64,000 nt of DNA from Pirellulaceae bacterium (GCA_041739975.1 JBGSMY010000155.1:533-64532), one strand, 5' to 3'; shown: positions 20,400 to 33,100, numbered from the stretch's first letter. The notes: a model not told the origin generated them from the sequence alone. A program made the numbers and translations.

Positions 20400-21710
20400 G
20401 TGTACGAAAAAAAACGCGGAGAAGCCGTCAATCAAGAAATCGCCTTGCTCGTCCGAGTGATCTTGCCTGGTGAGCCGATTGAAGATAACCCATTTCAAGA
20501 GCTGGAAGGCCTAGCTGAAACCGCAGGTGCGATTGTAATGGGCACATTATCGCAGCGCCGCGAACAACCGGACATCGCCTTTTACTTAGGGCGAGGTAAA
20601 GTCGACGAATTGACAAATCTGGTCGAATTTCACGCTGCCGATGTGGTTATTTTTGACAATGACTTAACTCCGGCTCAAACCAGAAACCTAGAACAATCAC
20701 TCAAGGTCAAAGTGCTTGACCGCACAGAGTTGATCCTCGATATTTTTGCCACCCATGCGCAAACGGCTGAATCGCGATTGGCCGTTGAGTTGGCTCAACT
20801 AGAATATTCCCTGCCACGACTGAAACGCATGTGGACCCACTTGTCGCGGATCAAAATGGGCGTGGGTATGCGTGGCCCCGGTGAGAAACAATTGGAAGTT
20901 GACCGCCGCTTGGTCGAAAAACGAATACACGATTTAAAACAAGACTTACGTCAGATCGAACATCGCAAAGAACGTTTAGTGCGTTCGCGCGACGGCATGA
21001 TGACCGCGTCTCTAGTCGGGTATACGAATGCCGGCAAGAGCACGCTCATGAATGCCTTGACCAACGCAAATGTTTTAGCGGAGGACAAACTTTTCGCCAC
21101 GCTCGATACCCGGACGCGACGTTGGACTTTGCCCAATTGGGGACCGATATTGCTCAGCGATACGGTTGGTTTCATTCGCAATCTGCCTCACCATTTGATT
21201 GCAAGTTTTAAAGCCACTCTGGAAGAAGCCAATCAAGCGGATCTGTTAATCCATGTGGCCGATGCCAGTAGCCCGGCAGTATACCAACAGATCACAGCCG
21301 TTTACGACGTATTGCAAGAACTGGGGATTGAAGAAAAGGACACGTTACTGGTCCTTAACAAGATCGACGCGATTGCAAATCCCACCGATCTCGATACGAT
21401 TCAACGACGCTATCCACACGCCGTCGCCGTCAGCGCTAAGACCCGACTTGGTTTTGAACAATTGCGGGCCGTTGTCAGCGACGCACTTAGTCGTACCTTT
21501 CGAAATGTGGTCATCGAAACCGACGTCAGTAATGGTAAACTATTGGCGTATTTAAAAGCACACGGCGAAGTAATATCCACTCAGTTTGGCGAATCCAAAG
21601 TGACCGTTCATTGCCGATTGCCACAAAAATACGTGGGGCGGATCGACCCCAACCAAGCCACGATCGTGGACTACCAAATAACGGCGAACGAATCGCCAAC
21701 CATCAATTAG
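20400..21710 (+). CDS. hflX: GTPase HflX
   Basis: An HflX N-terminal domain followed by G motifs GYTNAGKSTLMNAL, DTVGF and NKID. The start is provisional (GTG at 20400). Confidence 0.9.
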   Translation: MYEKKRGEAVNQEIALLVRVILPGEPIEDNPFQELEGLAETAGAIVMGTLSQRREQPDIAFYLGRGKVDELTNLVEFHAADVVIFDNDLTPAQTRNLEQSLKVKVLDRTELILDIFATHAQTAESRLAVELAQLEYSLPRLKRMWTHLSRIKMGVGMRGPGEKQLEVDRRLVEKRIHDLKQDLRQIEHRKERLVRSRDGMMTASLVGYTNAGKSTLMNALTNANVLAEDKLFATLDTRTRRWTLPNWGPILLSDTVGFIRNLPHHLIASFKATLEEANQADLLIHVADASSPAVYQQITAVYDVLQELGIEEKDTLLVLNKIDAIANPTDLDTIQRRYPHAVAVSAKTRLGFEQLRAVVSDALSRTFRNVVIETDVSNGKLLAYLKAHGEVISTQFGESKVTVHCRLPQKYVGRIDPNQATIVDYQITANESPTIN

Positions 21711-21785
21711 TTCATCGATGACTTAATTTAACGATGTCACTGATCGTGAGACAATTTTTGATAGCCACGAGGTAGCGAAACCAAG

Positions 21786-22328
21786 ATGTCAGCCATCCCC
21801 AGTCCTGAACGGTTGTATCAGGTCTTCAATCAAATCGAAAATTACATTGAAAAACATTATGGGATTCCCGTAATCATTACCGATGTACCCCACCCGTTCA
21901 CAGGTGATCTCGACGGCGCAAATATTCATGTGGATTTCGACGAAGACGTCGAAAGTGCTGTGTTCATCGTCGCACATTTATTTGGCCATACCGTCCAGTG
22001 GTGTTTGAGCGACGAAGCCAGACGGATTGGTCAGCATGCCATTTCCAACCCGACCGATGAAGTTTTGCGACAGCTGCGGGAATATGAAATTGAAGCCTGT
22101 CGGTACAGTATTCAGTTATTCCACGACGCAGGCATTTACGATCTCGACCAGTGGTTGTCAGACTTTGCGGCCTGTGACTTTGCCTATCTCGATCATTTTT
22201 ATCGCACGGGTGAAAAGCGAGAATTTCGTGCGTTTTGGAACGACAACCAGCCACTGCTGGAACCCTTGACGATCCCCGCGTTCCAACCGCAACTCTGGAA
22301 ATCCAGGTGGTCGGGCGTGGTGGTTTAA
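21786..22328 (+). CDS. Hypothetical protein
   Basis: A clean 180-aa ORF in an intergenic-sized slot. I recognised no domain (HLFGH noted, not HExxH). Confidence 0.55.
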   Translation: MSAIPSPERLYQVFNQIENYIEKHYGIPVIITDVPHPFTGDLDGANIHVDFDEDVESAVFIVAHLFGHTVQWCLSDEARRIGQHAISNPTDEVLRQLREYEIEACRYSIQLFHDAGIYDLDQWLSDFAACDFAYLDHFYRTGEKREFRAFWNDNQPLLEPLTIPAFQPQLWKSRWSGVVV

Positions 22329-22381
22329 TCGTTCAATAGGTCTGATATGCCTGATAAGTGTTATTGGACTTATTATTGGTC

Positions 22382-23818
22382 CTATTCTTTATTTTTAGAT
22401 TTCGGTTTGTAGATTTCGGTCGCGGTTCCAAAAAACACTTCACCGGCATTCATAATCGTTTCGCTTAGCGTCGGATGTGGATGGATGCTTTCCGTAACAT
22501 CGCGAATAACACAGCCCATTTCAATTGCCAGAACCGCTTCGGCGATCAGTTCGCCAGCGCCGGAACCAACGATCCCGCAACCTAACACGCGTTCAGATTC
22601 TGGATCGATTAACCATTTGGTTAGGCCCTCGGTATGCCCCACTGCTTGAGCGCGGCCACTGGCTGCCCATGGATAAACGCACACTTCGTGTGGGATACCG
22701 TCGCGCTTTGCTTCGTCCTCCGTGAGTCCAGCCCAAGCGATTTCGGGGGAAGTAAAGACAACGGCAGGAATTGCTCGTTTGTCGAAACGAGCGGCATGCC
22801 CCAGGATCACTTCGACCGCAATACGGCCTTCGTGATTTGCTTTGTGCGCTAACATCGGTTCACCCGCTGCGTCGCCAATAACGTAGATATTCGGTTCTGC
22901 GGTTTTCAGGGTTTGCCGATCGCATTCGATAAAGCCCCGTTTATCGGTTTTGATTTGCGTATTTTCCAAACCCAAATTTTTGGTATTGGGCCAACGTCCC
23001 ACGCTGACTAATACTCGGTCATATTGTTCGGTGCCAAACTTGTTGGGACCTTCATAGGCAACTTGTATTTTATCGCCCACCTTGCCGACGGAACCGACTT
23101 TGGTGTTGAGATAGATTCGGTCTTCAAACAATCCGGTCAACTTTTTTTGCAGCGGTTTGACCAAGTCTCGATCGGCGCCCATTAGCAGTCCGTCTTGCAG
23201 TTCAACCACGCTGACCTTCGAACCGAGTTTGGCATAGACCGTTCCCAACTCCAAACCGATGTAGCCGCCGCCGATAACCAGCAAAGTGGGAGGGATTTCG
23301 GTCAGTTGCAATGCGCTCGTTGAGTCCATCACGCGGTCGCTGCCGATTTGGAAAGCGGATGGTACTGCCGGAACGCTGCCCGTCGCAATAATGCAATGAT
23401 CAAAGGTGATCTGTTTGCCCTCAGGCACGGAGCTGTGATCGCCCTCAAGCGTCAACGTTTTGGCATCAGCGAATGTGGCTCGCGCTGTAATTAAATTGAC
23501 TTTGCGGCGTTTCGCAAGTTGTGCCAAACCACCCGAGAGAGTCGTAATGATTTTTTCTTTTCGCGCCCGCAGCGTGTCGATGGCAATTTGAGGTTGTTGG
23601 AATTGCACGCCCCAGTCTTTGCCCATCGCTTCGGCTTCGCTAATGATTTTGGCCACATGCAACAAGGCTTTCGAAGGAATGCAACCGCGCAATAAGCAGG
23701 TACCGCCCAAGCGATCTTCGGCCTCGATCAGCGTGACTTGCATCCCCTCATCAGCGGCCAAAAAAGCTGCTGCGTAGCCGCCTGGACCACCGCCAATAAC
23801 CACAAGTTGGGAATGCAT
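22382..23818 (-). CDS. lpdA: Dihydrolipoyl dehydrogenase
   Basis: GGGPGGYAAAF (FAD binding), the redox disulfide GTCLLRGCIPSK, and the C-terminal HPHPTLSE. Confidence 0.95.
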   Translation of the reverse strand: MHSQLVVIGGGPGGYAAAFLAADEGMQVTLIEAEDRLGGTCLLRGCIPSKALLHVAKIISEAEAMGKDWGVQFQQPQIAIDTLRARKEKIITTLSGGLAQLAKRRKVNLITARATFADAKTLTLEGDHSSVPEGKQITFDHCIIATGSVPAVPSAFQIGSDRVMDSTSALQLTEIPPTLLVIGGGYIGLELGTVYAKLGSKVSVVELQDGLLMGADRDLVKPLQKKLTGLFEDRIYLNTKVGSVGKVGDKIQVAYEGPNKFGTEQYDRVLVSVGRWPNTKNLGLENTQIKTDKRGFIECDRQTLKTAEPNIYVIGDAAGEPMLAHKANHEGRIAVEVILGHAARFDKRAIPAVVFTSPEIAWAGLTEDEAKRDGIPHEVCVYPWAASGRAQAVGHTEGLTKWLIDPESERVLGCGIVGSGAGELIAEAVLAIEMGCVIRDVTESIHPHPTLSETIMNAGEVFFGTATEIYKPKSKNKE

Positions 23819-23937
23819 GAGTTAAGTTCCTATGGCAAAGTTCAACGAATTCAAATTACTGAGGCTTATCAGGTCGACATGTTGCGGCGAAATACGCTGC
23901 GGGTGTACAGTGCGTCGCCATCTTATATCGCCAGACT

Positions 23938-23972
23938 AAAAAAAACGGCAAGTCACCCAAAGGAGCTTGCCG
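23938..23972 (-). terminator. Rho-independent terminator downstream of rpsD (minus strand)
   Basis: The plus strand shows A8-CGGCAAG-(13 nt)-CTTGCCG. On the minus strand this is a 7-bp stem followed by T8. Confidence 0.7.
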
Positions 23973-24058
23973 TGTTCAATGATCAATTGGAAACTACTTT
24001 TTTGGGTATGATATCGATTTAAAGATCCCAAGAAAGCGTTTCGATAATCCCGTATTGC

Positions 24059-24673
24059 TTATCGAGACAAGAATTCAACCACGACGTTTCCGTCGACCGG
24101 CAAACTGATGTCACTGGCACCCGGTGCACCAACGACATTGATCGTCAAGTTGTCGGTGTCCATTTTTGCCCATTCAATGCCTTGACCTTCGACGCCTCGG
24201 CCCAGCACGCTGCGGTACAGCGCTAGAATGTTTTCGCGAGCACGGATGGTAATCACATCGCCCGGCCGCAATTGATATGACGGACGATCGACTTTTACGC
24301 CGTTAACGCGGAAGTGTCCATGAGCAATACCTTGTCGAGCCTGAGGACGTGTTTGGGTTAATCCGACCCGACGGATCACATTGTCCAAACGATTTTCGCA
24401 CAGGATCAACAAGTTCTCACCCGTGTTGCCCTTCATTTTTGATGCGCGATCAAAATAACGGCGCAGTTGACGGTCACCCATTCCGTAATAGTGCTTAATT
24501 TTTTGCTTTTCCAGCAAAGCGCGACCATAGTTCGAGGGGCGACGCGGACGGGTATGCATTCCCGGTGGTTGGCTGCCACGTTTTTCGACGGCGCGGCTGG
24601 CACCACCATTTTCATAGATCAACATACCCAGCCGACGATTTACTCGGCCTTTTGGTCCGGTGTATCGGGACAT
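24059..24673 (-). CDS. rpsD: 30S ribosomal protein S4
   Basis: MSRYTGPKGRVNRRLG at the N-terminus, an S4 RNA-binding domain, 204 aa. Confidence 0.95.
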   Translation of the reverse strand: MSRYTGPKGRVNRRLGMLIYENGGASRAVEKRGSQPPGMHTRPRRPSNYGRALLEKQKIKHYYGMGDRQLRRYFDRASKMKGNTGENLLILCENRLDNVIRRVGLTQTRPQARQGIAHGHFRVNGVKVDRPSYQLRPGDVITIRARENILALYRSVLGRGVEGQGIEWAKMDTDNLTINVVGAPGASDISLPVDGNVVVEFLSR

Positions 24674-24949
24674 TCCAACGTTTCTCCTGGCGCACCCGGG
24701 CGCCCCAAATGGTCAACTGTTTTTACTAATGAATTACTTGAATCGATCAAATTTCGTCGAATTACCCGCTGGGCACGACGTAATCGCCGTGATTGGAGGT
24801 CAATTTTGAACTCACCAATATGTCGAAAAACGCTGTTTTGAGCAAGGGGCTAATTGGCCAAAGGCCAAAAAAGGTGGGAATACAGTAGTTTTTGGCCTAC
24901 TTGCCCGAACCTGGCCAGTTAGATTCCGCCAACTTACTGCATTTTCGGG

Positions 24950-26788
24950 CTAGAGCGCAAAAGCTGCACCGACGGTAAAGAGCGATTGGAAAGACAACCC
25001 GCGCGGATTCAAGGTCGGTCGATAGCCATAAGGCGTCGTGCAATTTCCAGGTCGATCCATTCCCATCGGATAAACTGGATCACAGGGGTGGTTTACTCCC
25101 ATTTGATAAGGCAACATTACGGCTGAGGTAAAGAAATGCACTCCGGAATGAGCCACGGGGAACCTTGTTTCGACGCCGTAACGCTCTAAGTTTGCTTGCT
25201 CAAAATACAACGGCTGATATCGAATGTTCGGCGATTGCCAATTCGACAACTTTCCATCCCATAGCTGGCCAAAATTATTGCTGCGGACTCCATAACCGTG
25301 AACCGGCAATACGGCAAACCCATCGAAGTGCAATATGTAGTTGAAACTGTGGTCCGGCGCAACCGTGGTGACGTTGTAATCCATCGCCGCCCGCAATGGC
25401 ACGGGGCTCATCCCGCGTTTCAATTCGTTGATATAAGTATCGCGTCGTTGCTGAAAATCGTCAGATTGATCTTGGGTTCGCAGAACTGGTCTCGGTCGCG
25501 ATTCGCGGCGAACGGTTACTGGAACCGGAACGGTAGATTTAGGGACTGCTAACGTACGTGGTGCCTCGCGTTGAGGCAACGCTGAGACCGCCGCTGCCGC
25601 GGGTTCTGCCAAGAACTGATTCAAGTCCACCAGCGGACGCGGATCCAATTCAGGTTTGGGCAAATCAGCCAATACCAACGATTCACCTTCATTGGTAATC
25701 GGTGCGACTAAGAAATCATGGAGGTCAATTAACTTTCGTCGTCTCGAGGTATTTGCTGGGGAAACGAGTATGGTCGGCATTGGCGACAAAGCACGAAACG
25801 TCACTTCGCTGTCCGGAGATTCATCGACGGTCGAGGTGTTAGGCTCAACCACCGAAACTGGCTCACGCATCGTTTCAATTGAGTTGCCTGCAGGGCTTTC
25901 ACTGGAATTCTTGCCGGCAACAATCGGCGCAATTGGAGTCAAAGCAGTTGAAACAGGACGACCACTAACAATCGGTGCGATTGGCAGTAGAGAATTATTG
26001 TTCAAACCGTCAACTCCCGTTTGGTTATCGGAGTTCTCGGCCATTAACCGATTGCTCGGCGATACAATCGGAGGCAGTGACTGGGTGATTACGGGTTCAC
26101 CTAATGCTGGCAATGGCGGCTCAACGACCGTAGTGCTTCTTTGGGCCACCTCAGTTTCGCTTGGCGGAAGTGGCACTAGGTTTAAGGTCGCGTTCGGTAC
26201 TAATTGGCTAGCGGACGGCGTCACGCCAATCGCCGGTCCTGAATTTTCCAGGTTTAATGGCATTGTCGTTGCGGGTAATTGCTCAACAAATGGGTTGGGC
26301 CGGAAAGGCAAACGAACGCGCCGCGACGAAGTGGCCATGTCACTGGCGGGGCGTTGAGCCGGAACTTCCGTCGAAATAGGCGTTTGCACCACTTTGTTCG
26401 AACCGTCGGAGGTCGTGTCCAAAGTACTTTGAGGGGCACTGGCAATTGACCCGGTCACTCGGGATGTCGGCAGCGTTGGTTGCGCTGTCGTCTGTGGAGC
26501 CGCAGGTGGATCGTTCGAATCCGTTTTTGCGGGTTGCGTAACAAATGAATTGATGACGACCGTTCGACGACTCGAGGTCGCGGTCGGCGGTGTATCGACC
26601 GCTGGCGTGGTCGGCGTCTGCACGGTGCTAATTCCGGTGTTAGATCCAGAATTGCTGGATCCAGAATTCGATTGAGCTAATAAAGAATTGGTTGCGCCAG
26701 CTAGGGGAGTTCCCACTAGCGCGCTACCCAACTCCAGCACCAATGTACTGACCAAGCAGAATGCGGTTAAGCGTGTAAAATATCTCAT
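24950..26788 (-). CDS. Secreted protein: signal peptide, a roughly 400-aa Pro/Thr/Ser-rich low-complexity region, and a conserved-looking aromatic-rich C-terminal domain
   Basis: An N-terminal signal-like segment (FCLVSTLVLELGSALVG) and a long P/T/S/V-rich tract. The last ~170 aa are globular (YILHFDGFAVLPVHGYG...YQPLYFEQANLERYG...). Confidence 0.7.
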   Translation of the reverse strand: MRYFTRLTAFCLVSTLVLELGSALVGTPLAGATNSLLAQSNSGSSNSGSNTGISTVQTPTTPAVDTPPTATSSRRTVVINSFVTQPAKTDSNDPPAAPQTTAQPTLPTSRVTGSIASAPQSTLDTTSDGSNKVVQTPISTEVPAQRPASDMATSSRRVRLPFRPNPFVEQLPATTMPLNLENSGPAIGVTPSASQLVPNATLNLVPLPPSETEVAQRSTTVVEPPLPALGEPVITQSLPPIVSPSNRLMAENSDNQTGVDGLNNNSLLPIAPIVSGRPVSTALTPIAPIVAGKNSSESPAGNSIETMREPVSVVEPNTSTVDESPDSEVTFRALSPMPTILVSPANTSRRRKLIDLHDFLVAPITNEGESLVLADLPKPELDPRPLVDLNQFLAEPAAAAVSALPQREAPRTLAVPKSTVPVPVTVRRESRPRPVLRTQDQSDDFQQRRDTYINELKRGMSPVPLRAAMDYNVTTVAPDHSFNYILHFDGFAVLPVHGYGVRSNNFGQLWDGKLSNWQSPNIRYQPLYFEQANLERYGVETRFPVAHSGVHFFTSAVMLPYQMGVNHPCDPVYPMGMDRPGNCTTPYGYRPTLNPRGLSFQSLFTVGAAFAL

Positions 26789-27163
26789 AGTTTTCTGCCC
26801 TGGGTCGAAACGGGGATCGATCGAGCGGTAGTCCTCCTTGTCTTTTTCGGCATACGTTTAACGTAAATTCCTAAAATTCCGGTGGTTCCGATGAATTCTT
26901 TGGATTTATCGTCAAAATAGCTGCTTTTGCTAACATAGGGGCAATCGGATTTTCGAATCTTGATGACGTAGTGCTGTGTCATCAGGACGCGCTGATTGTT
27001 TGACCCTGACGATTCGCGGACTTAGAATGTTCCGAATGATCCGGTCGTAGCGATCATTTTAACGTTGCGGGCAAGTTTCGAATTTGCTTGAACGCATCGC
27101 AGCTCGTCTCCCAGTCTGGCACCGCATAGCCCTTGGCTTTCAAATTCGTGAGGATCCGTTACC

Positions 27164-30100
27164 GTGATCAAGAAACTATGGAATCGACTGGTACGTCCGA
27201 CAACTGCCCAAGCGGCAGCGCTGGGGACAGATGTAATTGTTACGTCAAAGCTAGCGACGTCCCAATCGTTGCCGGCACCCCTACTTAAATACTTAAAGCT
27301 CGAACAACGTCGGGTATTAAATGCGGATTTTACGCTTACCGGAACCAATCTCGACCTCTTTAATTTCTCGGAAGCGATTGCTGGCAATCAGGCTCTGGCG
27401 ATTAGTGACGCGGGTTTAACCATTGATTTCACGCTCAATGATGGCACTTGGAATGGTGTGGATGCGGATGGTCTGAATATTATTCTATCTGCTGGCGACA
27501 CGGTATTGTCGGTAACCAAAGATTTTTTAACATCGTTGGGCGTTGTTAACATCAGTATTGATGGGTTTGACCTTGCCGCCATGAATGTCAGTGTGACAAA
27601 CAACACTGATCTGACGGCGCTTACGGGTTTATTAGATATAGAATCCGGCGGCAACATTACTCAAACTGGCTCGCTAGCGGTTGGTCAATCGGAGTTGACC
27701 GGGGCTTCCATTCAGCTCGACAATGCCGCGAACGACTTTGATAACGTAGCGATTGTTACCACGGGAGCTTTGACGCCAACCGACGCGCACTTGGTCGACG
27801 TTGACGATTTAACGGTCGATAGTGCCGAAGCGGTGACCAAACTCCGTTTCGAAGCTGACGGTATTGCGCTAAATGGACCGATCAGCGCGACAACGGTGTT
27901 TTTGGGCAGTACCAACGGTGTTACCCAGGCTCTTGCCGGGACGATCACAGCCGATGAGTTGATCTTACAAGGTTCCGGTGCGTTTAACCTCAATAATTCG
28001 GGCAACGATGTCAACCTCTTGGCGGCAGATGTCGCCAATAATCTGACGTACGTCGATCAAGACGATGTTACCATCGCGAGACTTACCTGCGATTTGGATA
28101 CGATAGTCGGCGTGGATGTCGGTGGGAATTTTGTTCTAAACACCTCGGCAGGCAACGGTAATATACTTCAAAACAATGACGCTGCAATTATAGTCGCCGG
28201 GACAACCGACTTAGTGGCTGGAAATGGTCAAGTCTGTTTGTTGGGCGCTGACAATGACGGCGATACCATCAACGACAATGATTTTGTGGGCAGTGTGGAT
28301 GCCAGCGGCAGCGTGGTGGAATTAGTCGACCGCAATGATTTAACGACTGGCATCATCACAGCCGTCGACGACATCTATTTACGAGCGGGTGATGGAGCGA
28401 CGGGCGCGTTGATTATCAATGACGACCTAACCACCACGGCCCTCGGTGGTCAAATCTTATTGCAAGCCGATTCTGGCGCGACACAAAGTGCGGCCAGCAT
28501 TATTACCACCAATCAATTGTTGCTCGGCAGCGCCACACTGGCTGACGCGCGGCAAGGCGATTTCATCCTCAATCGCAATAACCTTGTGGCCCAAGTGGCG
28601 GCTCAACTCGACAACAACTTTAGATTGCACAGTGTTCAGTCGCTCGATATCGCTGATTTATCCTACAACAGCGCTTGCGGAACCACGGCTGACATTTGCG
28701 GAATCGATATTGGCGAAACGGCGATTTTGCAAGTAACCGGCGATCTTACGCAAACCGCAGCGGCAATTGTAAACGGCGCGACAACACTGACGGTCACTGG
28801 CTTAGTTTGTTTAACGGGTGGTGACTGCACTGGTGACGGACTGAACGACAACGATTTTGTCGGTGCCGTTTCTGCCTCGGGTACGACGATTGAAATCGTT
28901 GATTCTAATGCGTTGACAATCGCGTCGGCGGTGGCGACTGATGATGTCTTTTTGCGTTCCGGCGACAATGGAGTTGGCGCGCTTTTGTTGACGGGTGCTG
29001 TCAACACCTCATCGCCGACAGGGCAAGTCTTGTTGCAGTCGGACAGCGGTGTGACTCAAGGAGTGGCCAGCGTTATTTCGACCAATCAGTTGATATTGGG
29101 TAGCGAAACGGTGGCCGATGCACGCCAAGGCAATTTCATACTGAACCGTGCCAATCAAATCGATCAGGTGGCGGCCCAATTAGATAATAATCTTACGTTG
29201 GTTAACGCCCGCAGTATCGAGATTGCGGACTTAGATTACAGTTCCGCTTGTGGCACAAACGCAAGTGTTACCGGAGTTGATGTGGACGGCAATTTGGCGT
29301 CTAACATTACCGGCGATATTACCCAATCGGCTTCGATACAAATAGCTGGAACGGCCGGGTTAACGGCCTCTGGTTTGGTCTGTTTGACGGGTGCTGATGA
29401 CAATGGAGATACGCTCAACGACAATGATTTCGTCGGTGCGGTGAACTCATCTGGCACGACCATTGAAATCGTCGATCGCAATGCATTGACAGTTACCACC
29501 ATATCTGCGACTGACGATATCTTTTTGCGATCTGGCGATGGCGCGGCCGGGGCGTTGACGCTCAACGGTAATTTGACGACGACCGCTCTGACCGGCCAAA
29601 TATTGTTGCAATCCGACACTGGAGTACTTCAAAATGCCGGCAGTGTAATAACGACTAATCAATTGCTACTTGGTAGCGCTACGGTAGCCGACGCTCGAGG
29701 TGGTAACTTTGTACTCAACCAAGCCAATCAAGTCGATCAATTGGCGGCACGGCTCAACAATGATTTAACGTTCACCAATGGCCGCGATTTAGAGATTGCC
29801 AGCCTCAATTATACGTCAGCTTGTGGAACCACGGCTGCCATTGCGGGAGTCAATATTGGCGGTAATCTCGCGACCAATATTACCGGCAATCTCACACAAT
29901 CGGCGGCGGTCACCGTTACTGGCACTTCCAATCTCGTGGCCAGCGGATTTGTTTGCCTGGTCGGCCCAGGTAATGACTTTACCGGTGCCGTGAGTGCCAA
30001 TGCGACAACGGTCGAAATTGTCGATATCAATGCATTGACGGTAGCGACCATCACTGCGGTCGACGACATCTTTCTCCGCAGTGGTGCGGGTGCGGCCGGA

Positions 30101-33100
30101 GCGATGACACTGACTGGAAACCTGACAACGACAGACCTCGCAGGTCAAATTCTGCTGCAATCTGACAGCGGTGTTTCTCAAAATGCCGGCAGTGTAATCA
30201 CCACGAATCAATTAGTGTTGGGTAGCGCGACCGAGGCCGATGCACGCGGCGGCAATTTTGTTCTAAATCAAACCAACCAAGTCGATAGAATCGCCGCACA
30301 ATTGAATGCGGCGCTGACATTCGTCAATGGGCGGTCGTTGCTGGTTGATTCATTGACCTACTCTTCGATTTGCGGCACGAGCGCAGCGGTTGCCGGCGTC
30401 GATATCGGTACGAATTTGATTTTAAATGTTACCGGAAATATCACACAGGTTGCAGCTGTGGTTGTTGACGGCACCAGCAACTTGACCGCAACAGGATTTA
30501 TCTGTTTGTTAGGTCCTAACAACGATTTTGTCGGCGCAGTGACGGCCTCGGGTACAACGGTTGAAATTGTTGATCTCAATGCGTTGATAATCGCCACGAT
30601 TACCGCCACGGATGACGTCTTTTTACGATCGGGAGACGGCGGCACAGGCGGATTGAGTATCAATGGAAATATCACGACCACTGCAATTGCCGGCCAAGTA
30701 CTGTTGCAATCGGATAGCGGAGTGACCCAGGCCGGTGGCAGCGTGATTACAACGAATCAGTTAATCCTGGGTAGTGCAACCGATGCCGACGCCCGTGGTG
30801 GCAATTTTATACTTACCGCAGCCAATCAGGTCGATCAAATCGCCGCTCGAATTGATGGCAATTTATCGTTTACAAATGGTCGTTCACTTGATGTGGCTGA
30901 CTTGGCTTACTCGTCCATTTGCGGAACGACAGCCGATGTTTGCGGTCTTGAAATCACGGGCAATTTAACCCTCAACATAACCGGCGATGTTACGCAATCG
31001 GCGGCTGTTATTGTGGGCGGTACATCGTCGTTAACCGCAACAGGTTTTATCTGTTTCACAGGTGGCGATTGTTCTGGAGATGGACTCAATGACAACGACT
31101 TCACAGGTGCCGTATCTGCCTCCGGAACGACCGTGGAAATAGTCGACCGCAACGCACTGGTCGTTGCGACCATAACTGCCACCAACAATATCTTCTTGCG
31201 GTCGGGTGATAATGGCAGTGGAACGCTCACACTCAACGGTAATCTGACGACCACTGCAGCGGCAGGACGGATCTTACTGCAATCCGACAGCGGCGTGACG
31301 CAAGCTGGAGTTAGTGTGATTACCACCAATGGCTTGTTACTTGGCAGCAGTTCTACCAGCGACGCCCGCACGGGTGACTTCACTTTGAACGGGGCCAACG
31401 TCGTCAATCAACTGGCCGCCCAATTAGATGATGCTCTTTCTTTCCGCAATACGTTGGCGTTAACGGTCGACAATGTTGCCCTGCTATACGCGTCGGTTTG
31501 TGGCACAAATGAATCGTTGACTGGAATCACAGCTCCCGACAAGATTCGGCTCCAAGCCAACGGTATTACGATCAACTCGCCTTTGGTGTCGCAAACGGTG
31601 TACTTGATTAGTACCAACGGTGTAACTCAGGCGGCTGGTGGTACAATCACTACGACCAATTTGATGCTAGAAGGATCGGGACTATTCAATCTCGATAATC
31701 CGCTCAACGACACCGATTTCTTGGCCGCGGATGTTATCAATGGACTGCGATATTTTGATCGCGACGATGTGACCATTGCCGTTTTGACTTGTGATGCGGA
31801 CACAATTCAGGGTGTAACCGTCGGTGGAAACTTCGTATTGGACACCTCGGCCGGCGGCGGCAATGTCACACAATTGGCCGATGCACCGATTGTGGTCACT
31901 CTGCAATCGACGATAAACGCCGGCACCGGGGTAATCTGCTTGTTGGGTGGCGATGCCGACGGCGATACGCTCAATGACAATGATTTTGTGCAACAGGTCA
32001 GTGCTTTTGGTCAAACCGTTGAACTGGTTGACCGCAATGATTTGATTGTGGGTGTAGTGACTGCAACGGATGACATACTATTGCGGGCCGGCAGTAGCGT
32101 CGCCGGACAATTGACGCTTAATGGTGCAATCACAACGACCGCCCCGGCAGGGCAAGTTTTATTGCAAGCCCGCAATGGAGTTGTTCAAAACGCAGCAGGC
32201 ATCATTACAACCAACGACTTAATTTTGGGAAGTGATAGCGATGCCACGGCTCGAGGTGGAAACTTTTCCTTGGACCAAGCCAATGTGGTAAATCGAATTG
32301 CCGGCCACGTCGACGGCACCCTTACGTTCACCAACACTCAGAATCTGCAAATTTCCTCGCTTCAGTATCAATCCATTTGCGGGACTACCGAGCTTTTGGC
32401 GGGAATCGATGTAATTAATTTGGACTTGGTAGTCCAAGGCAACATTACCGACGCGGCCGTCGCTTTGGCAACCGTAACGACGCGAGTTCAATCGATTGCT
32501 CAACTCACCGCCGAAACGGCCGCTGGACTGCGGGATCGAGATATCATTTTAGGTGAATCGGCCAATGAAGCCTTGTTTTTCACGGATCACAGCCACGCGA
32601 CGTTGGTCGCGAATGTTGCCAGCCCAGAGTTTTTAGAAGTTCAGGCTCGGAACGCCACTCTGTTTGTTGACTCGACGGTTATCCTATCCGATTCGACTCT
32701 GAACGGTACATTGTTTGTAAATGCGACTGGACATATTTTACAAACACCTTCTTTGATCTCGGCGCCCAATGCAGCGTTTGTCGCTGGGCAGTCGATACAA
32801 TTTTCGAATACCGAGTTTACCAACGTCGCGGCAGAGTCTGGAGCTAGTGCCGCCCTGATTCGATCGATCCGCGACGCGGTGACAACAATAATTATTGCGG
32901 GTAACGTTGTCGCATTAAACCCCAATATTGGTAATACGTTCACTGGGCATTTAGATAATTATTTCGATCCAAATGATTTTTCCCCAGATAACCATGACTT
33001 TGTCAATGAGAACGCGGTTGGTGTGCTGCTGTTCGATCAAACGGCGATCACGGTAACCAATGTATTTGACCCGGCCACCTTTGCGTCGGTTAATGGGATC

